Source: a virus (lineage: Duplodnaviria > Caudoviricetes). From it: a stretch of DNA of 54,767 nucleotides. Every line of letters starts with the position of its first letter. The first letter of the stretch is position 1. Location: positions 1 through 54,767 of the IMG/VR virus record IMGVR_UViG_3300025098_000057; one strand, 5' to 3'. Below the pieces are notes generated by a model. It was not told the origin of the DNA and did no database searches. It was given only the letters and a program-made list of their open reading frames with translations. Positions 1 through 15,000 of the stretch are shown one piece after another. The position numbers were made by a program, and so were the translations under genes.

Positions 1-3000
1 TCTGTATCAACATCCGGTGTTATAGTTACATCTTCACCATCTGATTCAAAAATAGATGTATCAAACTGATCCATTGTCATATCTACAGCAGAAGACCCAT
101 CCACACCTTCAGGCGAATTAGCTCGTTGAATTGTAGCCTGTATTTCAGATTTTGCAGGAATGTTTCCTGGGAATATAAATCCTATAGGGCTTGCTTGGTA
201 TGATCCTTTAACTTCTTCTTCAACATATTCAGCATATAATCCGGTTCTAGTTATTTTTTCAGAGTTAAATAATAATGGAGAAGCGCCTGGGTCTGCAGAT
301 CTAACTGCTTTTAATACAAATCTAGTTTTACGTGTTGCACCCGTTTGAGCTTCAGCACCACCTACAAAGTCATATGTTAAAACAGGAGGAAACTGAAATT
401 CGGTTATATTTCTACCCTTCACAGTTTTTTCCACAGGTTTTATACCTATTGCTCTATAGAATGATCTAATACTTTCAAACTTACTAAACTGTTTTGCATC
501 TAATCTAGGAAATGCTAATTGTTCTACGGCATTGTCACTTACATTTTCATAAGTCATTAAACCTTTAAAAGGTTGGAATATTAAAGTTGGATTAGCAAGA
601 GAAGAATCAATATAGACACTGTTATTCTTTATAGATAGGTCTGATGTACCTAGTACTTTTACACTATTCGGATTAGATATATTCATTAATGATCCTATCA
701 AAGACTGATCTATATTACCAGTATATAAAGAGTATCCAAAGTTTTCAGATAAAAATCCTTTCAATTGAGTTATTATACTATTGCTTGTACTTTTCTTAAA
801 AGTTTTTAATTCCTTTCTTGATATAAATGTTTTAGGTAGTAACACTTTTCTACCTTTTTCCATGTCAGCTTCTATCTTTTGAAATATATCTGATAAAGTT
901 TGAGCATAGTCTTCTATATCTGCTTTTTTATAGTAAGCACCCTTTGTTTCAGCAATGTTCTTTTTGTATGGTATTGTTATCACATTGTCTAACTTTCTAA
1001 TTTTAGAATATGTATTAACACCAATTCCAGATTCAACATCGGGTATTACAAATAACGTTTCAGGATTTTCTTTAACATAACTTTCATTTATATCTCTTGA
1101 TGATACACCTATAGGTAACTCATTATTGTATATTGGTATCTTGTTATCATTATTAGTTTTCAATAAGGTTACATACTTAGATGCTCTTGCCATCATAGGA
1201 TACTTTAAAGCAAAGTCATTAATAAGCTCATCATAGGTAACACCCATTAATCTAGGAATATTATTTTTCTTGTTATTTTTAAATGCATCGTGAATTAAAT
1301 CTATCTGACCAAAGTAACTATTTAAAACTTGCGGAGATAAAGCTCCTACAAGACCTTGGTATGCTAGCTGCAATCCATCCTTTATCATCATATAGTGAAG
1401 AATATCAATTGCATTTTGTCTAGTCCTACCATCTGCAAATAGTTTTACAAAATCACTTTGGATTAAAATTCTCTGATCATCTGTAAGTCTAGCAAATGTA
1501 TTTGCTACAACCATACTCATTCCTGTTTTATTACCTTCTTGAAATTGACCAACTGGAACGCTAAATATATCTAAGAATGTATTGGTCTCTTCACCTAATA
1601 TTCTTTTTGTATCTTCTACAATGCTCACAATATTATTTTGCTGTGAGTATAATAAATCATTTGATAGTCTTGCTACAAGTAAAGGATCTCTTCTTTGTCT
1701 TTCATACATATAACCTTTAATAGTTACATATGATAGGACGTCTCTAATTAAAGCGCTTCTATCTGAAGATCTAACAAAGTCTCTATTATCAGTTACTGTT
1801 TTAACAATATCTTTAAACATTTCAGTTTCTGATAAGAATACTGTTGGTAAAACTACATTCTCTAACTCATTATGTATATCCAAGTATGTACCTATAAAAG
1901 AATCTTTCATAATAGGTCTTAGATCCATAATAGGTCTATCTTCAACACGCATTGCTTCAATCTGCTTATCTGTAAGATCTAATCCTAAATCTTTAATTGA
2001 AGTACTTACATCTCTTACAGTTTCTAATGAAGTTCCTAGACCTTTGCTCATATTCATCAAGCCTGACATCTTTCTAGTAAACTGAGTAATTTGATTTGCT
2101 TTTAAGAACTCATTGAATATGTTCATTCTTTTTTGCGCATATTCTACATCTATGGTTCCAGCTTCTATTGCGGCTTCAAGCTCACTTACATCATCCCATT
2201 TTACATGATTATTTATTGCCTCACCTAATAGTTCATCTGTAATCTCAATCTGTTTAACCGGAATGTATGCAAAATCTCTAAACATCTTTGCTGCTTGAAA
2301 TTTAAGATTCTTTGATCCCGCTATATCAGAACCAGCTAATTCAGGAAATGCTTGTAGATATGCTATAATCTTATTAGCAATTTCTTGTGCTGCCTTATTT
2401 GCTGTACTGTTATTATTATATGCAGAAACTATGTCTGGGTTATTAATAAGTCTTACAGTTGTTTTAAGAGGTACTTGCATTTCAAGAATATTTGTAGCAA
2501 GCGCTGTAGCATTTCTATTTAAGTTAAACTTACCTGCTAATTGCTCTGCAGCATTATCTGTCATCACTGTAACTAAAGCTGAAACTATCTCTTGAACTCT
2601 TCTTCCTTTTTTAGCATTCTCAAGTCTTTCGTAATTACCGGAGAATGAGTCATAAGTTTCTTGATTAAATCTTAAAAAGTTTTTAGTTGTAAAAGTCTTA
2701 TTATTCTTTTTTACTTTAAATTGATTTAACTTAATGTTATACTCTCTTATTAGACTTAAGTATGTATTAGGTAATACAACCGCTCCAATATTAGCACTTT
2801 TATTATTAACAAATGCTCTAAATTTACCCCAAAGAGTATTGGAATCTAGATCTTCAGCGTTTGTCGTTTCAGCAAGTTCTGGAAACTCTTCTCTAAATAT
2901 ATTCCATGCTTCTGTAAATGCTTCTATATCTGCAGGAGTTTGTGCAATTGCTTTACCTGTAGTTGGATCTGCATTAACAATTGCTTCATTACCCAATAAT

Positions 3001-6000
3001 GCTACTTTAAAATCTAAAATTTGATTATTCATTGGAGCGGGGTAAGGAGGATAGCTTACTATTTTTGTTTTACCATCTGCATCTTTTACTTTATAACTAT
3101 GCTTTTTTAGATAAGCATCATACTCAGCCTGCGTTTTTGGTAATTTTAATATAGTCAATGCCTTAAGCGCATCTTTAGATAATACATCTGATTCTTCTAC
3201 AGCTATACCTTCATAATTAGCTCTATATAAAGCTTGACTGTAAGTACTACCAGGCTTTGAAACATTTTTATTTATGTATTTAGTATAATGATCAAATGAG
3301 TTATCATATTCTAAAAGAGCGCCATTCTCCTCAAAGTACTCCTTCATATGTAAGTACATGATATCAATATCAAAGTCAGCCCCGGATATCTCAATTAGCT
3401 CTCTTGCAGACATTATTGTTGAACCATAGTAGGTTGGTAAGAAATCTACCACTCTAACATTTTGTGCAGAATGTTTATCCTGAGATGGAATACGAACACC
3501 ATACATTTTTGAATATAGCTCTGGAATATTTACACTTTGAGATATAAATGTTATTGTATCATCAACTTTATCGTATTTAAATCCAAATGCAGATGCAAAT
3601 TCTTCTCTTGATCTATTAATATCAAAACCTTCAATATCAACTCTGATTATATTTGTTTCTGCTTTTGGTGAATAATTAGAGTTTCTAATCCATTTTTGAA
3701 ATTTATTCTCAATAGCATCAGCACTTAAATCTTTAATAACATTTGCTGATCTAAGTATTTCTTTATTAGGAGCTGTAAACATAGTTTCAACTTCTCTCTC
3801 TCCTGTCCAACTATTTTCATCTCTAGGATCTGTGTAATGTTTCATATTAGACCTAAGTCTATCTATAATTATTACACCTTCACCGTTAGACTCTTCTATA
3901 AGTTTTGCAAGATTAGACTGCGTAATATTTTTGTCATCACCAGACTTAAACTCACCATCTAAAATACTTATGCCGTCAAACTCACCAAAGTTTTCTCTAT
4001 ATACAAGGTCTCTGATTACTTCTTGTCTATCAGGAATGCCATTCTCATCAAGAGAATAAACTCTTCTATATATACCGTTACCAAAATCAGATAATAACGC
4101 TGCAGAATCTCCAGGTATTTTTTGTTTTAGTGATTCCTTAAAGTAAGATAAAAACAACTGCTCAAATTTACGCTGTGTAATTGAGGAGTTTAAGTTATAA
4201 TCTTTGTCTAAAAGATCATCTAGATTAAAGAATGATATCATTTGACCTGAAGACTGAGAAGCTCTCAATGAAGACTCTGCATATTTTAGAAATGATATTA
4301 AGTTTTCAGTAATGCTACCTTGTTTGATTGATTTCTGAAGTTCATCTGTAGCAAAATCAATATCAAATGTAAATAGAGTATTTCTTTTACCTGTGTAGTT
4401 TAAGGTAAGCTTTTCTTTATTTGAAAAGTTATACATTTTTTTGATGTCCTTCATCTTAAACTTCTCACCTTGAATTGTAACTTCTACATCATCTGATTGT
4501 TCTGCTGTAGCTAATACTCTAATCTGACTAGGATCTGTAACTTCTTCTTTGTTTGTAGGCTTTACTAACTGAAGACCGTAGTATTTAGGATCTAAAGCCA
4601 TAAAGTTCTCTGGCTGAAGTGGGCTTATATTTGGCTCTGTATTAAATAAGTCTTCTATTGGATTTACATTATACTTATAAGTTTTAAATACAGATAATGG
4701 TCCAGCAACAGCAATAGCATTCTTACCATAAAGAAGCTCTTGTTGTTCTTCAAGATTTTCTAGTTTTACTCTTAGATTATGAAGCTCAGGTCTAAGTGGA
4801 TTTGGTCTACCTACTCTTTTTAATATTGTTTCACCATTTGGTAAAACCTTTTCAACTCTTTCTCCTGTATCTATTGATGTATAATCAAATGTTAGTACAG
4901 TCTTAGAGAATTTAGCTTGAGTCTTACCATCTGAGTAAGCAAGCTTTCTACTATGAAGCATTGCTTGTGCTTTAGCAAATCCAATCTTACCACCAGCACC
5001 AAAGTACTCATCTTCAGTTATAGTTTCACCAAGTTCAATCTTTTGTAAGATCTCTAACATAGGTTTTGTTAATTCACCATAACCAAACAATTCGTATAAC
5101 ATACTTTTTGTTGTACCATAAAGTTGTGCATCGGCTACCTTTATTTTTTCACCAGAGTGTGTTGATGCATTTGTAGGTTCCTCAAATGGTACAGCAGCAA
5201 TAAATTCTACAGGTGATGTAATATTTGCTTCAGGGAAAGTACTTATAGTTTGGATATTCTTTATAGCTAAGTTTTTAAGCTTTGCTCTTTTTACCTCATT
5301 TACAGGACCGCTAAATGATTTTGCAGGATTACCATGTAATATCTGGTTCCATGCTGTAGTCATTAAGTAATCATTAAGGTATATTTGCTTTAAGTTATAA
5401 TTAACATTCTTTCTAAGATTCAATAACTCATTTGACTTATCTGTATCTGCAGTTTCTACACCACTAATTGTAGTTAGACCACTTGTTAGATATGATGAAA
5501 AGTCATCACTCATTATATTTTTTAGATCTGCTGCAAATCCGCTATATGTTTCATCAAGTCTAGTTCTTATATATGCTTTAAATTCATTTAGATTAGATCC
5601 AATATTAGATAAAGCCTCCTCTAAAGTTATAAGCTTTTGGTTCTTACCTGCTTTTCTAGCTTCTTCTGCTAATGCATCAGCATATCCATTTACAATAAAA
5701 TAATCACCAACTTCAGCACCATCTTGTCTAGCTTTTGACTTAAGCTCATCTCTAACTTCAGAAATTGCTAATGCAAGCTGTTTAGAGAATTTATCTTTAC
5801 CTTCAGTTTTTAATGGTCCTTCTGTTGCAAATAAAGATTCTGATATAGGTGAGTCATTAGAAATAAGATCTTCTATATAAATCTTTACTATATTTTTAAT
5901 CTTTTCATTATCTACAGTAAAGCTTATCTTTTTAGCCTTTAGTATTTTATCTATGTCAGCTTTTGTTTCAGCACCTTGTATTTGAGTAAATGCATCATAG

Positions 6001-9000
6001 TCTAAAATTTCACCGGTTTCATTATCTCTTTCTAATAATGAAGATGCATATTCAGATCTAAAGCTGTACATTTCATTTCCAGTAGTTAGATCTACAATTG
6101 GTTCTTGCAAACTAGTATCTGCATCTATACCAAGTTGTGATAGATCTTCAATAAGAGCTTGGTCTAATTCTTCCTCCTCTGTTTTTCTTTCAATTATTTC
6201 ATATACAACAAACTTTTTGTTTTTGTTTTTAGCACTTCTTGAAAAGAAAGTACCAATCTGATTAACGTCTGTGTAGAATGTTTTATCGGCTATCTTTATT
6301 GGGAATGTATGAGTGCTTGACTTATCTTCTACTATAGCGTCACCAAAATTCTTTAGATACTTTTGTCTTATAGAAGGATTAGTCATATCCTCATTTACAG
6401 ATACAACTCTAAAGTTATGTATCGTAGCATTCTCTGATTCATCTTTATATGAAAGTAAACCTTTTCTAGTTTCACCTTCAGTTACAAAGTTTATTTTCTT
6501 CTTAGCATCTTGCTCTCTATAAACAACATATTTTTGTTTATTATTTCTAAGTCTTTCAGCTTGTACTTGCGATGTAATAAAAGATGAAGTTCTTCTTTCA
6601 TCAGTAACTAAACCTTGCGCAGGCTTTAGTAATTTCTCAGCACCACCTTCATAAAACTTATATCCTTTTGTATATTCTACTATCGGATTTCCATCATCAT
6701 CAATTAATATCTCACCTTCCTCATCTACTAGTGTAGTAGATTCTTTTCTAGCAAGACCATTGCTGTCTGAGTTATAGTCAGGAATCAATATTTGAGTTCT
6801 AGTTTCCGGATTAGATTCTAATTGTATATTATTAAACTCTGTTAAAATGTTTTGAATTACAGCTTCAATATATTCGTCTGTTATTCTAGCATTTTCTAAT
6901 ACAGTTTTCTCAACAGCTTTTATTACTTCTAAAGGTACTTTATTACCTGTATTTGAAGTTTCTATAATTCTTGTAAGTATTGGAGCAAGAGCTTTTTCTT
7001 CTGTTATAGTTCTACCTTCAAACTCCGTTATTACAGAAACAGTATCAACTTTTCCTTGTGCTGGATTATAATTATTAAAGTATGTATCTATAAGGTTCTT
7101 TAGAAACTCCTTACCGTTCTGCTTACCGTATGTAACAGCTTCTCTTGTTTTACCAACTTCAATGTTAGAGTCTTCATCAACTCCTATTTTACCAGTTACA
7201 GAACCACCGGATCTACTTATATGTAATCTATCTTCTGCAGAAAGTTGTTTAAAGAAAGGACTTTTTAGTAAATAGTTTTCACTTAGGAATGTATCAGATT
7301 CTCTGAGGTCATCTATTTTAGCCCCATTGTTTTCAAGATCATTTAGCTCTTCTGTATAACTAAGCTCATATGTTGGAAGCTGATGCCCAAACACTAAGTT
7401 ACCATCCTCATTCTTAAATACACTTAAGCCTATATTTTCATCAAATTGAGCATTTCTAAGACTAAGCTTTGACATCTTTGACTTCATACCCTCATTTGTA
7501 TCTGAGAATAAATCTTTATTATCTGCCAGCAGTGTCTTAATTGTTTGTATATCGTCTTGCTCTATTGGTAATACATTTGTAAAGCCATAATAGAATTCCT
7601 TTTGACCTACTCTAGTTTCTTCCTCTAATTGATTTGTTGTAGTATTAGATAAAGCCATATCTAAAATACTATACTTTATAAAGTTTGGAGATAATGATAT
7701 ACCAACATATTCAAGCAATGTCTCATGAATATACTGAGTATCCTCTTCTAATAGGACATTGGTTATTGAAGAAGCTTCATTTGGATCTAAGTATGTTAAT
7801 AGAGCATCAAGCGCATCATTAACTTCATTCTTTACAAATTCTTCTCTTAATGCATTACGTTTTGTAATATATGCTTGAGCCCAACTATCAATTTGACTAT
7901 TAGCAGCATCTCTATTAAATGCGCTATAGTTTATAACATGAAGTGTACCCTCATCTCTAAATCTTTGTGTAATAGTATAAGGAGTTCTAAAGTTTATGAT
8001 TGTCTTCATAAGTCTGTTAAACTCATTAGGCTTTGTCATAGTAGATGTTATCTCTCCAGCTTCCACCTCTTCTCTAGATATACCAAACTCATCAAATATT
8101 CTATCCACTACAGCTTTTGTATTTGGATTTGATTGAGAATAGATATCAAGTCTTTGTAATACTTTTACTTGATCCATCTCATTCATAACACCTTTTAGTA
8201 TTCCTGAAAAAGCTTTATTAGGATCAATTGGTATTCTAATTGGAACACCTGGTGATAGCTCTTCATTACCAAAGAAATCTCTTCTTGATAATGCTGTTGT
8301 AGATAAAAACTTTCTAATTTCCACAGGAGCATTCTCTACACCACCTAGCATTGAAGCATCTCTATTAAAGTCACCTACATTTCTAATACCAACCGATTCT
8401 TCAGCTTCTTCATTAAGCTCTTGTTCTATTTCAAGCTTAACATCAAATATTGCTAGATATTCAGATATACCTCTTAGGATATTATCAGATTGCTCAAGCA
8501 ATGCTGATTCAATATCAAGAAGATCTTGCCTTTGAGCAACAAAGTCAGCTGTGTTATATCTAGGTCTTTCAGAATCATATAAATCAACATATTCATCATA
8601 AGCCTGCGTAATGCTATCTTCAATAAAGTTATCAGCATTTAAATCTTGTATATCTAATGCTCTAGCTGCAATACTTCTTATAACCTCATCTGTCAATTGT
8701 TGGTTGACATGTCTTTGGCTACCGTCTTCTTCAACTATTTTTAGTAGAGCAAAAGCTTCTCTTGTAACACCGTTATTTAAAAGCATTGCATTAGGAAGAG
8801 TAAGTTCTTGATTCTCATCAAGTTCCATTCTTGTAAATCTATTATCAACAGCTGAATAGTTTCTAAATTTACCAGAATCAATATCTCTAAAGAATTCAGT
8901 TACAACATCTTTCTCAGATTCTTTAGATAAACCTAATACTGAACGTATCCATTCTATTAGTTTATTAAACCAAGATTTTGTTTCTGAGTTTACCTTAGCT

Positions 9001-12000
9001 GCTCTAGGATTTCTTTTAAATACTTCAAACTCATCCATGATGTATTCTTCTAAGTATGAGTCTTCAAGTATAGATGTTATTCTATTAGGCACTACTAATC
9101 CTTGAGCTCTAAAATACTCTCTGTGTTCTAATACTTTCTTTTCATACTCTTCACCTAGTTCATCCATTTGCCTTTCTCTAGCAGCATTTAATAATGAACG
9201 TTGCTCTTCATCAGTTAAAAGCATTCTAAATACTGCGTGACCAGCTTCATGGTACTTATATTTATTTCTAGCACCTACATATATGTTGCCTTGTAAAGAT
9301 TCAATACCTCCGGCTATCTTTTTAAGATCCATGCTAAACTTACCTAGAGTAATAAAACCTTCAGCTAAATTATTTTCAAGAGTATCAATATCTTTTATTG
9401 TAATAAATTCAGGTAAATTCTCTGCAGCCCATCCTGTAAATGTAGTTAAGTCACTTCTGTTAATAAAAGCAATATCATACATTGTTCCCGTGTTGGGACC
9501 AACAATCTTATAACCACCTTTACTAAGCTCGTTAATTCTTTTTAAGACAGCTTGGAATTCAGCATTATCTTTTAATCTTCTAACTTGCTGACTCTTTGAT
9601 TCACCAGAAAGTCTTTTTGAAAGTTGAGTCTTTTTTGCAACTAACTTCTTTAATTCATCATCAACACTTATTGACTCTGTTGGTGTTTCTACTCCAAGTT
9701 CTGACTCAATCTCTTCTTCTTGTGATTGCTTCTGAGAAGTTGTATCAGTTAAAGTACCACCGGCTTTTATAATAAATGATGTATCTTTATAGGAATCTTT
9801 GGGGCTAAGACCTGTTTGTAGATAAAGGTTATAATCAAATCTAACTCTTGGATCAAGATTTGTAACAGTATTATCTACAATTTCATTTACACCAGACTCT
9901 TTTGCAAAAGACTTTCTAAATGATTCATTACTCAAATCAATATCTGTAGATGCTTCTTTGACCAAAGAAAGTAAAGTTTTACTAGGCTTAACCGCTGGAG
10001 AATTACTTAAAGTTGTATAGTAGTTAGTTAACTCTTCTTTAATCTCTTTTAGTTTAGAATCCATAAAAGATGCTCTATCCTGACTAGCTTTTGCATATTG
10101 CTTTACTTCATTCTGGTCAAGATAAAAGTCTGCTATTTTAAGATTACCGCCCTTTTTTAATTTTCTTTTAGAAAAAAGTTCAAGTTGAATAGAACCATCA
10201 GGTGTAACATTTAGATTAAGTATATAACCTTTTTTAGTTGCAATATAGAATCTTTCATTAAACTCTCTATTCCATCTTCTATTGTAACCATTATCTTTTA
10301 CGCTATACTTGCCACCTACAACATTTGTATTTGCATTAATTGTTGTAGCAGCTCTTGTAAATAAGTCTAACAATAAAGTATCCAATGTTTCATCTTGAAT
10401 TGTTGGTGACTTTAAACTAGCACCTACAATTTCTCCTGAAGTTGTTTTAATTACAGCAACATATCTACCCATGTTTTGAAGTGACTCATAAATACCAGCT
10501 TCTTGTAATTGTTGCTTAATTGCATTTTGGCGTTTTACAGTTTCTCTTACACTAACTCTAGTGTCATTGGTAAACTTAATATTTGTAGAAACCTCAGTAC
10601 TATTAGGTACGCGATTATTTGTCATTACTACAGTAGCACCATCATAGGTGTACTGATCAAGTTCCTTTAAATTATTTTCTTGATAGCCTTTAGTGCCTTG
10701 TTTAAGATAGCCGTATCTACTTTTTAACTGTAAATTAAAATCATTTATTACATCAAATTCAGCTTGAAGATCATTAAATGAAACTACAACTTCTTGTTTA
10801 TTACCAATTACATCCTCAACTTTATTTTCAAATGCATATTGTATTGTAAAATTATTAGCTACCTCATCTCTATGCTTTTCAAAACCTATACCTTTAATCT
10901 TTTTAAAAATTGAGTAGAATAAGTTCTTATCCTCAATAGGCTGATCAAGTTCTATTTCATTCTCACTTTTATCCAATGCTTTAATGTTTCTCATTGGTAA
11001 AAAGCCGATTGTCTCTATTGTAGTTTGACCAGGTGTTAAATAAAATAAACTAGTTTCAGATAATTTTCTATTCATTATGCCAACTTGATCTTCAGGCAAC
11101 AAAACTTCAACTTGAAACGGTGATCTTATTTTTTTAATTAATGGATTTGCTTCTTCAACAGTTGGATTTACATTATAATCACCCGTTTCAACTCCTGCAT
11201 TTTCTTCTCTAGTTATTCTAAATCTAAGATTAGCAACATCTTTAGCTGTAAGATTTGACAATATAAATTGAGTTCTTGCGTTAAAGGATTCAGCAGATTC
11301 TTGATAACCATCTGAAGTTTCAAGTCTTATAGGATAAAATCCTATTGCTTCTCTTCTTTCAAGTCTTGATGCTTTAGGACCAACAAGTAAAGTTTCACCC
11401 TCATCAATAGTAAAGTTCTTAGCAAAATCATTTTCATTTACCTTAAGTACTGCTTTTGTTCTTGCTAATGATGCTTTACTTTTAGTTACTAAATCATTAT
11501 ACTTATCTCTTGGTATTAAATAAAGTTTTGGTTTTTTAACACCTTCTATATCTTGTTTACTTGTATAAACAACATACTCTTTTCCTATATTAGAACCTTT
11601 TGTCTTTTTTAAATCTAGACCTGGGTATACTTCTATACCGCCAAATGTAAAGGTAGGATCAGCATCAGATAAATCAAGAGCATCTAAAATATTTAAAGCT
11701 ATGTTAGCCTGAGCCCTTCTTTGAAAATTATTATTTTCAATCTTACCAGCATCTAAAATATCTTGCTCAATAGCGCTGCCGTCTTTATTTACTATTCTAA
11801 ATATACTATCATCTTGTGAAATAGCTATTTCAATAACATTAAAGTTTTTACCTTGGACTGCAACTGCTGTAGTTTCAACTTGAGGTGCTGAAGGTGGTGA
11901 TGGAGTCGGAGAATCATCTGTATCTATATCACCAGGAAAACTACTAAAGTCTATATTATCAGGATCAATGTCAATATCTGTTTCAAATGTACCTGATGTT

Positions 12001-15000
12001 TGACCTGATGCATCAGCTTCTGTATCTGCCTCATCAACATAATTTGGAAGAATTTCTTTTACTCTAACATCATAGATATCTAATATCTCATATACAGATG
12101 GGCTATCAGACTCAAAACTTTTATTTAAAAATTCACCAAATTGTATATCATCATTTATAATAGATTTAAGTTCTTCTTCTGTTACGTTATCTTGAATTTT
12201 AGCAATATAAAGCTTTTTTAGATTTTCATATGTCTTTACATATTTCTGACCTAATGAGCTTGTCCATGCAGCTTTCTTTTTAGATGCTTTTTTAAGTTGT
12301 GATTGTCTAAGCTTATAATCCTTAAATAATCTATCAAGCATTGCTTTAGCAAATGGATTGTTGTTTGTCTTGTCATATTTAAAATCAATATCCTCAGCAC
12401 CTTCTGCTGTTAGTACATCTACCACCTCTTCATCTAACTTAACTTGTTTTTCTGCTACATCATTCTTTTTAGTTTGCTGTTTTTCTTCTTCTGTAGCTTC
12501 TTTAGGTTTTTGGCTAAGTTTATATGCTTCTTTTATTGCTTGAACATCTTCAAATAGTTCTGCATTAAAGTTGGGATCAACAAGTCCTGATTCAGCATAA
12601 AAAGTTTGAAGAACATCTACATCATTAGTTTTAATAAATTCAGTAACCTCTTGTGGTATTGGATATACACCAGCCTTATCTAATTCATTTAAGAATTGAT
12701 TTATTTCATTTTGAGATACATACTCTTCTATAGATTTTTTAAAAGAATCTCTTGAATTTTCAAATACATCTTTCATTCCATCAACCATATCAGCAGCAAG
12801 CTGATTTAATCTTTTGGGATTTGTTAAGTATGTAAGCGTTTTATTATATGCTTTAGCTCTATATGTAAGAATATCATGATCAACTAATTTCATAAGAACT
12901 TCATCAACTCTAGAACCATCAACAAAGCCTTTTCTATCTGCTGCTATAATATCTAAATAGTTAACAAATGGTTTTCTTAATTTTTCAACTAGCTCCTGCT
13001 TATTAGCTTGTTTATATATTTCTATATCTGCAGTAGTTTCTTTTTCACTAGGTTTTTCAGCTGCTTGTGTTAGTATTGTTTTTATTTCATTAAGAGCATC
13101 AAGTTTCTTTGAATTAAATTCTATAATCTTTCTTGAGTTTTCTGCAACTTGACCTTCCTGTTCTTTAAGTGACTCTTGCAAACTTGCAGCATTTGTAGCG
13201 AGTGTAAACATTTCTGTTTCAATTGATGCTATATCTAACAAGTTTGTAATATCAGTTGCTGCTACCTTGCTTATAACAGAATCTGATGATAAATCATTCA
13301 TTATACTTTCAGATCTTTTCACACTATCAAGAAAGCTCTCATCAGCAAACATCTTTATATATCTAGCATGCTCAAAAGCTCTAAACTTAATTGTTTCTAA
13401 AGTATGCTCTTTTGTACCCTTTTTATATTGAGAAGGATCAAATGTATTAGGATATGAATCCTTTTCATTAATATACTTTTTTTCAAGCCTATCAACTTGA
13501 GCAATCATATTATTTATTCTGGTGCGTGCTTTTCCTGTTTTTATATCTTCAGGTGCCAACTCTGGAATTGCATCTTTTAATTCCTCATCGGTCATTTTAC
13601 CCATGTCCTCAAGTTGTTCTCTAAAGAAATCAACACCACCCATATCAAGTAGTGAGTAGATGTTAGTAAACTTGGCTGAATCCTTTGCATCTTTGTAGGT
13701 CATCATTTCATTGAAGACCATGCTGTTATTAATATCAGCAGATGCCGTAACTTGACTTACTAGATTAATTTTAGACATATCAAATACAGCTTGTGGATCT
13801 TCAGCTTGCGCATTCCATGCTGTATTATATGTAGTCATTACAGAGTTGATATAGTCTTCTCTACGCTTTTCATTTTCAGCATATGTTTTTGAGTTTGCAA
13901 CACGATCATACAACTTAGGTAATGATTCAAAGAAAAGCTTTTGAGGACCTCTCACAATACCACCCATCAAAAATCCAGACATAAAAGTTTCAAACCCTCT
14001 CTCATTCATTTGAGAATCTAGATTTGTTATACCAGTTTCAACAGCGGAGTATACAGACATTTTTTCCGCATTATATCCAGCCATTGAAGAGTCTAATAAT
14101 ATCTTATTATAATAGTCTCTTGTGCCTATAGCAAGTGCTTCTTGATAAACTTCTTGAATACCTTCACCTACATTCATTGATGCATATGTCAACAAACCTC
14201 TAGCACCCATTCCGGCAACACCCTTAATTCCAGATCTTCCATATGCAGCGCCTATTTCTTTTGCTGTTTCACCTATACCAGTCTTTGCATCAATTCTACC
14301 AAAAACATCTTTATTAAATTTACCCGTCTTAACATTAATTTTTGGTTTAACTCTTGTTACTTTTTTAGCAAGCCCACTCATCCCATTATTCATCATTCGG
14401 GATATACCTCTATTAAAGCCACCAAGCGCATTACCAAGAAGTAGATTATTACTAAGATAAATAAATGGTGTATTTCCAATAGCATCAGCATATGAAGCCT
14501 TGTATGCCGCATCTTGAATATTTTCAAGTTCATTAGTTGTCATAGCTCTACCTTCAGCTTCAGCTCTAGCTTTTAATGCGTGATAACCTTCATTAAGTTG
14601 TTCATCATAAACCATACCCGCTTCCATCTTACCTTCAGAAGCTGCATAGTTTAAAGCTCTAGCATCTCTATAAAAACCTCCAAATGTTCTACCAACCTTA
14701 GCCATGTTGCTAAGATTTTGAGCACCATTTGCTGTAGTGTTCCAAGCTTTTATACCTTGCAAACTATTTGGTGTAAGAAAATTAGCAATATTTTCTCCTC
14801 TCTTTACAGCAGCATTAAAAAATCCTTTTGCCGTGCTAAGACTTTTCATACTAGACAGCATATTTCTAGTTGCTCTTGCACCACCTCCAACACTAAACAA
14901 ATCTTTAAGAGCACCCAAACCTCTTCCTATATTTGAAGCTGTTCTAACACCCCCTGCGGCACCAAGCGAACCTCCAGATGCTAATGTACCTAAAGCTATT

